From: Pseudomonadota bacterium
GTDB taxonomy: Bacteria; Bdellovibrionota_G; JALEGL01; DATDPG01
DNA: 64,000 nt
Assembly (NCBI GenBank): GCA_043809315.1
Contig: JAZDDX010000027.1
Coordinates: 6,943-70,942 of the forward strand
Reading direction: 5' to 3'
Shown: positions 48,089 through 56,297 of the stretch, piece after piece
Layout of the letters: each line of letters opens with the position of its first letter
Position numbering within the stretch: the first letter of the stretch is position 1
Made by a program: the position numbers and the translations under genes
The notes under the pieces: generated by a model
What the model saw: only the letters and a program-made list of their open reading frames with translations
What the model was told of the DNA's origin: nothing
The model's database searches: none

Positions 48089-48199
48089 ATGGCGATCAAG
48101 ATCAAACGCGGGAAGACTCGGAATCGGAAAAAGACCAGTCGCCTGAAGGCGCAGTTGAAGCGGAAACAGACGAAACGCCGGGCGCGTTGGTACAAGTAG
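48089..48199 (+). CDS. Unannotated 36-aa highly basic small protein (MAIKIKRGKTRNRKKTSRLKAQLKRKQTKRRARWYK).
   Basis: The ATG lies 5 nt after the truA stop. Composition and length are similar to the 35036..35146 small ORF. There is no strong SD. Confidence 0.3.
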   Translation: MAIKIKRGKTRNRKKTSRLKAQLKRKQTKRRARWYK

Positions 48200-48223
48200 C
48201 CCGGTTCCCTCCGCGTTCGGCGG

Positions 48224-49156
48224 TCAGTGAATCAGTTTTTTCCGCCGGAGCGCGATGAAGTACTTCCAGCCGTAGATAAACCAGAATCGTTTCTCGCGGG
48301 GGGTTAGTTCGATCCGGATCCCTTGCGTCCGTTCGATCTTCTGGATCAGGTAGTCGAGCCAGTTTTCGACGGTGAACATCCCCTTCGGCCAGCGGAGCTG
48401 CGCACGGAGGCGGCTTTTTGAGAGAAAGATGCGAGTGGTGAATCTCCCGATGGTCTCACGCAGGAAAGCAGGCTTCTTGAAGAAGGCACCGTCCCGTTCC
48501 TCGGCCCAGCTGTGGAGGATCAAGCGATACGCCGTGCGATAGAACTCCTCGTCCGACCGAAAGAGGCGTTCGATCTTGTCGGCCGCTTCGACCCGAACGT
48601 CTCCGTAATAACTCAGTCGAAGCGCTTCCAGGATGAACGTATCGAGGGTGAAGTTCTCGGGAAGGAGGTGGCGGGTTTGGGCTGCCACCGTTCTCATCGC
48701 CGCAGCTTGCGCCGCGACGATTTCCTCGAGGCCTCCTGGGTCACGCGTCCAGGCCGCGCCCATCCGTTTCGAGAAGCGTCCGAGTTGGTACACATCGCGA
48801 GCCCTGGGGGAGGTGTCGTGTGCAAGGTCGCCGAAGCTCAAGACGTTGTATTTGGCCGTCCGGCCGTCGACGGTGAAATGATAGATGCTGGGGGGGAGGA
48901 TCCAGTTCACCACTGTGTGCAGAAGAGATCGGTGGAAATCGCGGTACCGCCGGACGAGAACGAAAAAGTCAGGGGTGGAGGTGGAGGAGCGAGTCACTGA
49001 GCTCAAGCAGGAGCCGTACACCAAGATCGCATCGGCTCGTTCACCCACCAAGCTGCGCAGGGAACTCAGGAACGGCTCGACGACTGCCGGCTCGAAGGAG
49101 GTGAGCTGGTTCCGGATGAGCGACTCCAGCGGACTTGTCGGTTCAAGCTCCGGCAA
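48224..49156 (-). CDS. Tam41/Mmp37-like nucleotidyltransferase (putative phosphatidate cytidylyltransferase-like).
   Basis: Motifs aligning to yeast Tam41: ILVYGSCLS...TPDFFVLV (Tam41 VFGYGSGVF...PQIDIILGV) and EALRLSYYGDVRV (Tam41 ALSYAGDIRY). Confidence 0.55.
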   Translation of the reverse strand: MPELEPTSPLESLIRNQLTSFEPAVVEPFLSSLRSLVGERADAILVYGSCLSSVTRSSTSTPDFFVLVRRYRDFHRSLLHTVVNWILPPSIYHFTVDGRTAKYNVLSFGDLAHDTSPRARDVYQLGRFSKRMGAAWTRDPGGLEEIVAAQAAAMRTVAAQTRHLLPENFTLDTFILEALRLSYYGDVRVEAADKIERLFRSDEEFYRTAYRLILHSWAEERDGAFFKKPAFLRETIGRFTTRIFLSKSRLRAQLRWPKGMFTVENWLDYLIQKIERTQGIRIELTPREKRFWFIYGWKYFIALRRKKLIH

Positions 49157-50183
49157 CGCCGTTCCGTGTGGTATTCTTCACCTTGTACATCGCTTCGTCC
49201 GCGAGACGGATCAACTCGTCTTTGGTCTGTGCATCCTCCGGGAACGTGGCAACGCCGAAGCTGGCGGTGAAATGAACATTTAAGCCCTTGTCGGTCAGGA
49301 ACATGTTCCCCTCGACCGCTTTCCGGAGGCGTTCGGCAACCATGATCGCCGCCGGTTTTTCAGTTTCAGGCAGGAGAATAACGAACTCATCCCCTCCGTA
49401 TCTCGCGCCGTAATCGACGCTGCGGATATGCTTCTTTAAGACCTGGGCGGTTTCTCGGAGAAGTTGCGATCCGTGGATGTGTCCCCAGGTGTTGTTCATC
49501 TCTTTGAAGTGATCGAGATCGAGGAAGATCATCGAGAAATGTTTCTTGTATCGGGCCGCACGTGCAACCTCGGTCTCCAGGAGCGTGTGGAGGTGGCGGA
49601 CATTAAACAAGCTCGTCAAATCGTCGGTGATCGTGAGCTCCTGGACCCGCTGGAAGTTCCGGACGTTTTCAATCGCGATCGCAGAGTAGTCGGCGATCAC
49701 CGCCAGCGTCGTCAAATCCTCCTCCCCGAACGGGACCGTCCCATTCCCTTTGCGGCGGATTTCGATCACCCCCAGCGTCTTCCCTTTGCTCCGGATCGGA
49801 ACACAAATCAGGGAAAGCTCCGGATCGGTTGGAAGAATGTCCTGAGGCGGCGTGTTCTTTTTCTCCTTGGAAAGGTCCGGGAGGAGAACCGGTTTGGCGG
49901 CCTGAGCCGCCCAGCCGGGAATCCCTTGCCCGAGCTGGACCACTTTGGAGCGGTCGACTGCGGGGTCGTTGATCAGGATCTCATACTTGAGCGTCATCTC
50001 CCGTTCGTCCAACATCAAGAGGGACCAGGAGGTGGGGCTCAAGAGTTCGGAGATCTTCTGAAGGATGACGCGAAGGACCTCTTTGATGTCGAGAGTCGAG
50101 GTGAGGGTCTTGCCGATTTCGCTTAAGATCCGCAGCGCATCGACGGTCCTCTTCAACTCCTCGAGAAGTTTGTGTCCTTCCAT
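49143..50183 (-). CDS. GAF domain-containing diguanylate cyclase (GGDEF).
   Basis: N-terminal GAF followed by a GGDEF domain with intact RYGGDEF and the RxxD I-site region. Start at the MEGHKLLEEL ATG. Confidence 0.85.
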   Translation of the reverse strand: MEGHKLLEELKRTVDALRILSEIGKTLTSTLDIKEVLRVILQKISELLSPTSWSLLMLDEREMTLKYEILINDPAVDRSKVVQLGQGIPGWAAQAAKPVLLPDLSKEKKNTPPQDILPTDPELSLICVPIRSKGKTLGVIEIRRKGNGTVPFGEEDLTTLAVIADYSAIAIENVRNFQRVQELTITDDLTSLFNVRHLHTLLETEVARAARYKKHFSMIFLDLDHFKEMNNTWGHIHGSQLLRETAQVLKKHIRSVDYGARYGGDEFVILLPETEKPAAIMVAERLRKAVEGNMFLTDKGLNVHFTASFGVATFPEDAQTKDELIRLADEAMYKVKNTTRNGVAGA

Positions 50184-50227
50184 CCGGTTCGTCCTTCGGT
50201 TATGGATGACTCTAACGTGGAGGCGAA

Positions 50228-50815
50228 ATGAAGCAAGTCGGACGTATCGTCCTGGCGTCGGCCTCTCCAAGGAGGAAGGAGTTTTTCGATCTCCTGGGGA
50301 TCCGGGTGGAGGTGATGCCGGCCAACGTTCCGGAGGGGGAATCGGGCGGAAACCCGCAACGGTTGCCGCTTCGGAACACGGTGGAAAAGCTCAAAGCGGT
50401 CCGTACGAAGCTGGGGCCGGGGTTCGCCGGATGGCTGATCGGTGCCGACACGGTGGTTGCGCTCGGTCGGAGAGTCTTGGGAAAACCGAAGAACCGGCAG
50501 GAAGCGAAACGGATGCTGACCGAGCTGTCGGGGAATCGCCACAAGGTCTTTACCGGGTATCGGGTTCAGAAGGCGAGCGGTCAGTACCGGGAAGGGGTGG
50601 TCGAGACGATGGTCGAGATGGTGCCGATGACCGAGGCTCAGATCGACTGGTACGTCGAAAGCGGCGAGCCGGACGACAAGGCGGGGGCGTACGCGATCCA
50701 GGGGAAGGGGGGGGCGTTCGTCCGGACAATCGTCGGGTCGTATTCGAACGTCGTGGGTCTTCCGCTGGTAGAAGTCTTGACAGCACTGCGTGAGCTGAAG
50801 GCGATCGAGGACTAG
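50228..50815 (+). CDS. maf: Maf-like nucleoside triphosphate pyrophosphatase.
   Basis: ILASASPRR N-terminal signature and Maf fold. Confidence 0.85.
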   Translation: MKQVGRIVLASASPRRKEFFDLLGIRVEVMPANVPEGESGGNPQRLPLRNTVEKLKAVRTKLGPGFAGWLIGADTVVALGRRVLGKPKNRQEAKRMLTELSGNRHKVFTGYRVQKASGQYREGVVETMVEMVPMTEAQIDWYVESGEPDDKAGAYAIQGKGGAFVRTIVGSYSNVVGLPLVEVLTALRELKAIED

Positions 50816-51508
50816 ATGATCCGGGAACGGTGGGAAGAGCTGCTCGCGAGCGTGGAGCGTAGCTGCGCCCGCGCGGGACGTTCCCCCGATTCCGTTCGGA
50901 TTGTTGCGGTTTCAAAAAACCATCCGCCAGATGCGGTCATCGAGGCGTATCAAGCGGGGGTTCGCATCTTCGGCGAGAACTACGTCCAGGAGGCGCTCCC
51001 GAAAATCGAAGCAACCCGGGGGATGACTCCAGAGGCGAGTTGGCACTTCATCGGCGCGCTTCAGTCGAACAAGGCAAAGCAGGTCGTCGGGCGGTTCTCG
51101 CTTCTTCACTCTCTCGACCGCTGGTCGCTCGCGGCGGCGTTAGAGAAAGAAAAGAGGAAAACAGGACTGGTGACCCCAGGGTTGCTCGAGGTGAACCTGG
51201 CGGGCGAGGAGTCCAAATCAGGCGTTGCCGTGCAGCAAGTTCGACCCCTGTTGGAGCGGATCTCGGGCGAAACGTCGATTGAGGTGCGAGGGTTGATGAC
51301 GTTTCCTCCGTTGTCGGACGATCCGGAGGAGGCCCGTCGGTACTTCGCCAGTGCCCGGGAGCTGGGGAACGAGATCGCATCCTGGAAGTTGCCCCGGATC
51401 GAGATGAATGAGTTTTCGATGGGGGTGACGAGTGATTTCGAGGTTGCGATCGAAGAGGGGGCCACCCTGATCCGGATCGGGACCGCTATTTTTGGAACTC
51501 GCTCTTGA
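50816..51508 (+). CDS. yggS: YggS family PLP-binding homeostasis protein.
   Basis: PLP Lys context (IVAVSKNHP) and alanine-racemase N-domain-like fold. Confidence 0.85.
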   Translation: MIRERWEELLASVERSCARAGRSPDSVRIVAVSKNHPPDAVIEAYQAGVRIFGENYVQEALPKIEATRGMTPEASWHFIGALQSNKAKQVVGRFSLLHSLDRWSLAAALEKEKRKTGLVTPGLLEVNLAGEESKSGVAVQQVRPLLERISGETSIEVRGLMTFPPLSDDPEEARRYFASARELGNEIASWKLPRIEMNEFSMGVTSDFEVAIEEGATLIRIGTAIFGTRS

Positions 51509-51511
51509 CTC

Positions 51512-51544
51512 TTGATATTGTGTATACTTAAGTATACAATAATA
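51512..51544. promoter_or_regulatory. AT-rich near-consensus sigma70 promoter (TTGATA, 17 nt spacer, TACAAT) carrying a perfect 18-nt palindrome TGTATACTTAAGTATACA (51521-51538). Putative operator.
   Basis: Positions were checked against the flanking ORF ends. The -10 ends 6 nt before the GTG at 51547, so the wHTH gene would be leaderless or start at its internal ATG. Confidence 0.5.
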
Positions 51545-51546
51545 TT

Positions 51547-51924
51547 GTGATCGGACGCTTGGCGGAAGAGATCCTGTCCCATTCCACGATGGCGGTATTG
51601 CGCGCCCTATCGGAGCGTGCCTGCGGGGTCCGGGAGGTTGCCGATCTGTGCGGTCTCTCTCCGCGCGGTAGTTCTCTGGTTCTCCATCGCTTGGTGGTGG
51701 CGGGGCTAGCGGAACGAACTGGCCAGGCCTATTCCGCCGCTTTGTCTGCGGACGACGCCGAGATCCTTCGAATCCTGGTTGGGGCGGCCGAAAAGACCGA
51801 ACTCAGACGCCGTGCCGGGGATCTCTCCGCGGGCGCCAAACGATCGGTCCAATGGATCGACGGGACGCTCGGGAAACTTCAACAGGTGAGGAAGAGATAC
51901 CGTGGGGCCGATCGAACTTCTTGA
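51547..51924 (+). CDS. Small winged-HTH transcriptional regulator, putative antitoxin (AbiEi-like) of the downstream nucleotidyltransferase.
   Basis: wHTH segment (VREVADLCGLSPRGSSLVLHRLVVAGLAERTG). Overlaps the downstream gene by 23 nt. An alternative ATG start lies at ~51589. Confidence 0.5.
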   Translation: MIGRLAEEILSHSTMAVLRALSERACGVREVADLCGLSPRGSSLVLHRLVVAGLAERTGQAYSAALSADDAEILRILVGAAEKTELRRRAGDLSAGAKRSVQWIDGTLGKLQQVRKRYRGADRTS

Positions 51925-52534
51925 GTCGGCTGTCCGGGCTCTGCGCAAAGTTGATTGCCGTTTTGCGGTTGCGGGGGGGATTGCCGCGAACCTGTTCCGC
52001 TCCGAGCCGCGTCTCACGCAAGACGTAGACCTGTTGCTTCTTGCCGATCCAATCGAAAAGACGGAAGAGATCGCCACGCGGTTTCTGCAAAAGCTTGGGT
52101 TCGAAGTGGGGCGAGCCAAGGTGGCTGATCTGGTGCAAGCGCAGATGATGGGGAAGAAAACGACACCGGTCGTATTGTTGGTCGGCCGGGAGAAAGGAAC
52201 AAAAGGGGAAGGGGGAGTCGATATCCTTCTTCCCAAGATGGCGTGGGTACAGGGGGCGATCGAACGTGCCCAGCACCATCGGGTCGATTTCGGCTTCGGG
52301 AAACTCCCGACCATTACGATTGAAGACTTCATCGTGTCGAAACTCTTTGCTCTCCGGGATAACCCGAGCCGGTTCAAGGATCTGGACGATCTGCAGTCGC
52401 TTTTTGGCTCGAACCCCTCGCTGGATCTCGTTTATCTGGCAGGGGCGTTCGGACGGTACCATCTCACGCTGCCGAGGGAGCTCAGGCGACTTGCTCCGAA
52501 AGGGATACGGGCGGCAGCTCGAAGGCCGGGTTGA
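51902..52534 (+). CDS. AbiEii/DUF1814-like nucleotidyltransferase (putative type IV TA toxin-like NTase).
   Basis: Pol-beta NTase motif FAVAGGIAANLF...R.TQDVDLLL, which matches the DUF1814 G[GS] and R.[ST].D.D pattern. GTG start overlapping the wHTH gene. Confidence 0.55.
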   Translation: MGPIELLESAVRALRKVDCRFAVAGGIAANLFRSEPRLTQDVDLLLLADPIEKTEEIATRFLQKLGFEVGRAKVADLVQAQMMGKKTTPVVLLVGREKGTKGEGGVDILLPKMAWVQGAIERAQHHRVDFGFGKLPTITIEDFIVSKLFALRDNPSRFKDLDDLQSLFGSNPSLDLVYLAGAFGRYHLTLPRELRRLAPKGIRAAARRPG

Positions 52535-52567
52535 CAGCGAGGCGCCGCCCCCTTACCATAACGCGAC

Positions 52568-53356
52568 ATGTCAACACATCGGTGGGTCATTCTTTTGTCT
52601 GCACTTCCGTTCCTCGCGGGAGGATGCGCTCGATCTTCCAAGCCGGCAGAAAACTCTCGTCCGCTCTATGCCCGGAGCGTCGAGACGGTCACATTCGACG
52701 TAGCCTACATGAGAGGAGCCGAACCGACGGTCGACGAATGGCCTCGCGGATCCGCCTTTTTCGGTCTCTTTCGGACAAATCTAGCGGCTCTTTTGAAGGA
52801 CTCCGGGAAGGAGGTTGTCGTTCCTTCCTCCTTGAGTGAAGCGGAAGAGATTCCGGCAGGATCCGGCCTGTACACCAAGGAAGAGGTCACTGACTTGGCG
52901 AAGAAGTACCGGAAAGGTTCAACCTCCTCTAATCACGAAGCGCGGATCTTCATTCTTTTTGTCGATGGGTTTCTCTCGGGCGGGGGTAAAAAGATGAACG
53001 ATATCGTCGGCCTCAACGTCGACCCCGACGGAGTCGTGGCTGTCTTTAAGGGTGCGATCGACCAGAGAACGAAAAATCGACCCGATCTTCGGAGCTCGCT
53101 GGAACAGGTCGTGATGATTCATGAGGCGGGGCACGCCATTGGTTTGGTGGCAAACGGGATTCCTACCGTCTCCGCGCACCTCGATGCCGACCATCCGGGT
53201 CATTGCACGAACCCAAAGTGCATCATGCATTTCAAGATGGAGGGTGGGGCGGCGCTGATGGACCTTCTCGACAATGCTGTGATGGGTTCGCGGACCATCC
53301 TCTTCGGGCAAGAGTGTCTTGACGACGTCCGTGCCCGACTATCGACCCCCGCCTGA
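52568..53356 (+). CDS. Lipoprotein zinc metallopeptidase with an archaemetzincin (M54)-like motif.
   Basis: Lipobox LAGGCA. HEAGHAIGL...GHCTNPKCIMH resembles the archaemetzincin HExxHxxGxxHCxNxxCxM signature. Confidence 0.55.
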   Translation: MSTHRWVILLSALPFLAGGCARSSKPAENSRPLYARSVETVTFDVAYMRGAEPTVDEWPRGSAFFGLFRTNLAALLKDSGKEVVVPSSLSEAEEIPAGSGLYTKEEVTDLAKKYRKGSTSSNHEARIFILFVDGFLSGGGKKMNDIVGLNVDPDGVVAVFKGAIDQRTKNRPDLRSSLEQVVMIHEAGHAIGLVANGIPTVSAHLDADHPGHCTNPKCIMHFKMEGGAALMDLLDNAVMGSRTILFGQECLDDVRARLSTPA

Positions 53357-53394
53357 GCGCCTGATATACTCCCCTGCGGCACGGGAGGCCGACC

Positions 53395-53892
53395 ATGAAA
53401 CTGACCCCGCTCGATCTTCAACATCATACGTTCCGGAAGTCCCTCCAGGGGCTCGATCCGAAACAGGTGGCAGCGTTTCTGGAGCTGGTCCGGAATGACT
53501 GGGAAGAGATGTTGCGGGAGAACCATAAACTTAAAGTACAGGTTGATGACTTGAATAAGAAGGTGTTGGAATACAAAGAAAAAGAACACACGCTTCAAGA
53601 GACGTTGATGATGGCTCAGAAGCTGGTCGAGGGGATGAAAAAGACCAGCCAGAAAGAGGCCGACGTTCTGATCGGCCAAGCCGAGCTCCAGGCCGACAAG
53701 ATCCTCCACCAGGCGCACGAGCGGCTGACGCAGATCATCGATGAGATCAACGACCTCAAGAAACAGCGGGCGGAGTTCGAGGGGAAATTGAAGGGGATTC
53801 TCGAATCGCACCTTCGCCTGATCGACCTCCAGAAGGAAGCGCGAGAAAAGGTCCATCTCGAGGACGTCGGGCTTTTGCCCAAAGCGATGTAA
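53395..53892 (+). CDS. divIVA: DivIVA domain cell-division protein.
   Basis: DivIVA N-terminal motif (LTPLDLQHHTFRKSLQGLDPKQVAAFLE) and coiled coil. Confidence 0.8.
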   Translation: MKLTPLDLQHHTFRKSLQGLDPKQVAAFLELVRNDWEEMLRENHKLKVQVDDLNKKVLEYKEKEHTLQETLMMAQKLVEGMKKTSQKEADVLIGQAELQADKILHQAHERLTQIIDEINDLKKQRAEFEGKLKGILESHLRLIDLQKEAREKVHLEDVGLLPKAM

Positions 53893-53911
53893 AAGCATAG
53901 ACTGCCGCGCC

Positions 53912-54766
53912 GTGGTGCTCCTGGACGGCAAGGCGTTCGCAAAAAAAATCCGAAGCGATCTTACGACCCGGATCCGGACGTTTTCGGCCCGGACCGGGGT
54001 CATTCCTGGGTTGGCGACGCTCTTGGTCGGCGACAATGCCGCATCCAAGGTCTACGTCGGAAGCAAAGTCAAAACGTGCGGCGAGGTGGGGATCCATTCC
54101 CGGAAGATCGAGTTGTCCGCCGACTTGGCGGAAGGGTCGCTTATCAAAGAGATCGAAGCTCTCAACCGCGATCCCGCGATCCACGGGATCCTCGTCCAGC
54201 TCCCCCTGCCGAAGCAGATCCGCCCGGAGCGGATCCTGGATGCCGTCGATCCTTCGAAAGATGTCGATGGCTTTCATGTCATCAACGCCGGGCGGCTTGC
54301 GACCGGGCAGCCGGGGTTTGTTCCCTGCACCCCCCTGGGAATCGTCCGCCTTCTGGAGGAATACAAAGTGCCGATCGAGGGGAAGAGGGCGGTGGTCGTG
54401 GGAAGGAGCAACATCGTCGGGAAGCCGGTGGCGCAGCTCCTGTTGAATCGCCACGCGACCGTGACAATCTGTCACTCGCGTACGATAGATCTCCCGGCGG
54501 TCTGTCGCGAAGCCGACATCCTGATCGCGGCGATCGGGAAGGCCGAGGTCGTCCGCGGTGATTGGATCCAGCCGGGGGCGGCGGTGGTCGACGTCGGGAT
54601 CAACCGAAACCCGGACGGGACGTTGACGGGGGATGTAAAGTTTTCGGAGGCATCGGAGCGGGCAGGATGGCTGACCCCGGTTCCGGGGGGGGTGGGACCC
54701 TTGACGATAGCGATGCTTCTCTCAAACACGCTGGAAGCGGCGGAGAAATGGATGGAGCGGAAATGA
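53912..54766 (+). CDS. folD: Bifunctional methylenetetrahydrofolate dehydrogenase/cyclohydrolase.
   Basis: N-terminus LLDGKAFAKKIR..., THF_DHG_CYH domains, and GRSNIVGKP. Confidence 0.9.
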   Translation: MVLLDGKAFAKKIRSDLTTRIRTFSARTGVIPGLATLLVGDNAASKVYVGSKVKTCGEVGIHSRKIELSADLAEGSLIKEIEALNRDPAIHGILVQLPLPKQIRPERILDAVDPSKDVDGFHVINAGRLATGQPGFVPCTPLGIVRLLEEYKVPIEGKRAVVVGRSNIVGKPVAQLLLNRHATVTICHSRTIDLPAVCREADILIAAIGKAEVVRGDWIQPGAAVVDVGINRNPDGTLTGDVKFSEASERAGWLTPVPGGVGPLTIAMLLSNTLEAAEKWMERK

Positions 54767-55860
54767 CGGAGCTGAAGCGGACGCCGTTGTACGAACGGCA
54801 CAAGAGTCTGGGGGGGAAGATCGTCCCGTTCGCAGGATGGGAGATGCCGCTCGAGTACAGCGGGATCTTGAAAGAGCACGAAGCGGTCCGGACTGCGGTC
54901 GGGATCTTCGATGTGAGCCACATGGGGGAGATCGAGATCCGGGGGAAGCAGGCACTGGAGTTCTGCCAGAAAGTCTCCACCAACGACGCCTCCGCCTTGA
55001 AGCCGGGAAAAGTCCAGTACTCGGCGATCCTGAATGCCGAGGGGGGGATCGTCGATGACTGCACGCTCTATCGGATCGGGGAGGAACATTTCCTTTTTGT
55101 CGTGAATGCCTCGCGGAAGGAGAACGTGCTTCGCTGGTTCGAGGGACACCCGATGGAGGGGGCGAAGGTCGAGGACCGGAGCGACGATTACGGGTTGCTC
55201 GCCCTTCAGGGGAAAAAGTCCGAAGATCTCTTGAGCCGTCTCGTCCATCGCGATCTTTCGACGGTCGGATACTACGAGTTCACGTGGACCGAACTCTCCG
55301 GTGCCGCAGTGATGATCTCTCGGACCGGATACACGGGCGAGGACGGGTTCGAGATCTATCTCCCGTGGGAGAAAACCGTCGAGATTTGGGATCTCCTGAT
55401 GAAGGAAGGGAGTTCGGTCGGGATCACGCCGATCGGTCTGGGCGCGCGCGATACGCTTCGTCTGGAGATGGGGTACTCGCTCTACGGAAACGAGTTGAAC
55501 GAACACACGACTCCTCTCGAGGCGGGGTTGGCCTGGATCGTCAAGATGGACAAAGGAACATTTTTCGGCCGGAACCGTCTGGTTGAGCAGAAAGAGAAGG
55601 GGCTCACGCGGAGGATCCGCGGCATCAAGATGATCGACCGCGGGATCCCGCGTCCGCACTACGAGATCTATTCCGCCGGCAGGAAGATCGGGGAGGTTAC
55701 GAGCGGGACCTTTTCCCCGACCCTCAAGCAGGGGGTGGGGTTGGCGATGCTTCCGGCGGAGTTGAAGGAAGGGAACGAACTCTCGGTTCGGATCCGCGAG
55801 AAGGATAACCGGGCGGCGATCACGAAACCTCCGTTTGTCGCAGGGTCGGTGAAAAAATAA
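54763..55860 (+). CDS. gcvT: Glycine cleavage system aminomethyltransferase T.
   Basis: Start at MTELKRTPLYERH (ATGA overlap with folD). GCV_T domain. Confidence 0.9.
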   Translation: MTELKRTPLYERHKSLGGKIVPFAGWEMPLEYSGILKEHEAVRTAVGIFDVSHMGEIEIRGKQALEFCQKVSTNDASALKPGKVQYSAILNAEGGIVDDCTLYRIGEEHFLFVVNASRKENVLRWFEGHPMEGAKVEDRSDDYGLLALQGKKSEDLLSRLVHRDLSTVGYYEFTWTELSGAAVMISRTGYTGEDGFEIYLPWEKTVEIWDLLMKEGSSVGITPIGLGARDTLRLEMGYSLYGNELNEHTTPLEAGLAWIVKMDKGTFFGRNRLVEQKEKGLTRRIRGIKMIDRGIPRPHYEIYSAGRKIGEVTSGTFSPTLKQGVGLAMLPAELKEGNELSVRIREKDNRAAITKPPFVAGSVKK

Positions 55861-55895
55861 ATCCCTTGCGGGGGTAAAAGTTCTGTGATGAGAAA

Positions 55896-56297
55896 TTGAC
55901 CATGGAAATCCCGGATGATCTTCGTTACACGCGCGAACACGAGTGGGCGCGCATTGATCTGAAACAGAAAACCGCGACCATCGGCCTCACGGACTATGCC
56001 CAGGAGCATTTGGGGGACGTGGTGCACGTCGATCTCCCCGAGGAGGGGGCGGAGCTTGCGCGCGAGGAGCCGTTCGGGAGCGTCGAGTCGGTGAAGGCGG
56101 TTTCCGATGTGTTTGCCCCGATCTCCGGAAAGGTGATCGAGATCAATGATGACCTTCTCGATTCCCCGGAAATGATGAACGAAGATCCGTACGGTGAGGC
56201 GTGGCTGGTGAAGGTCAAGTTCACCGACACCAAGGGGATCGATAAACTGATGGACGCTGCGGCATACAAAAAATACTGCGAATCGCAGGAAGAATAA
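55896..56297 (+). CDS. gcvH: Glycine cleavage system H protein.
   Basis: Lipoyl-lysine motif region (ESVKAVSD) and YTKEHEW N-terminus. Confidence 0.9.
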   Translation: MTMEIPDDLRYTREHEWARIDLKQKTATIGLTDYAQEHLGDVVHVDLPEEGAELAREEPFGSVESVKAVSDVFAPISGKVIEINDDLLDSPEMMNEDPYGEAWLVKVKFTDTKGIDKLMDAAAYKKYCESQEE

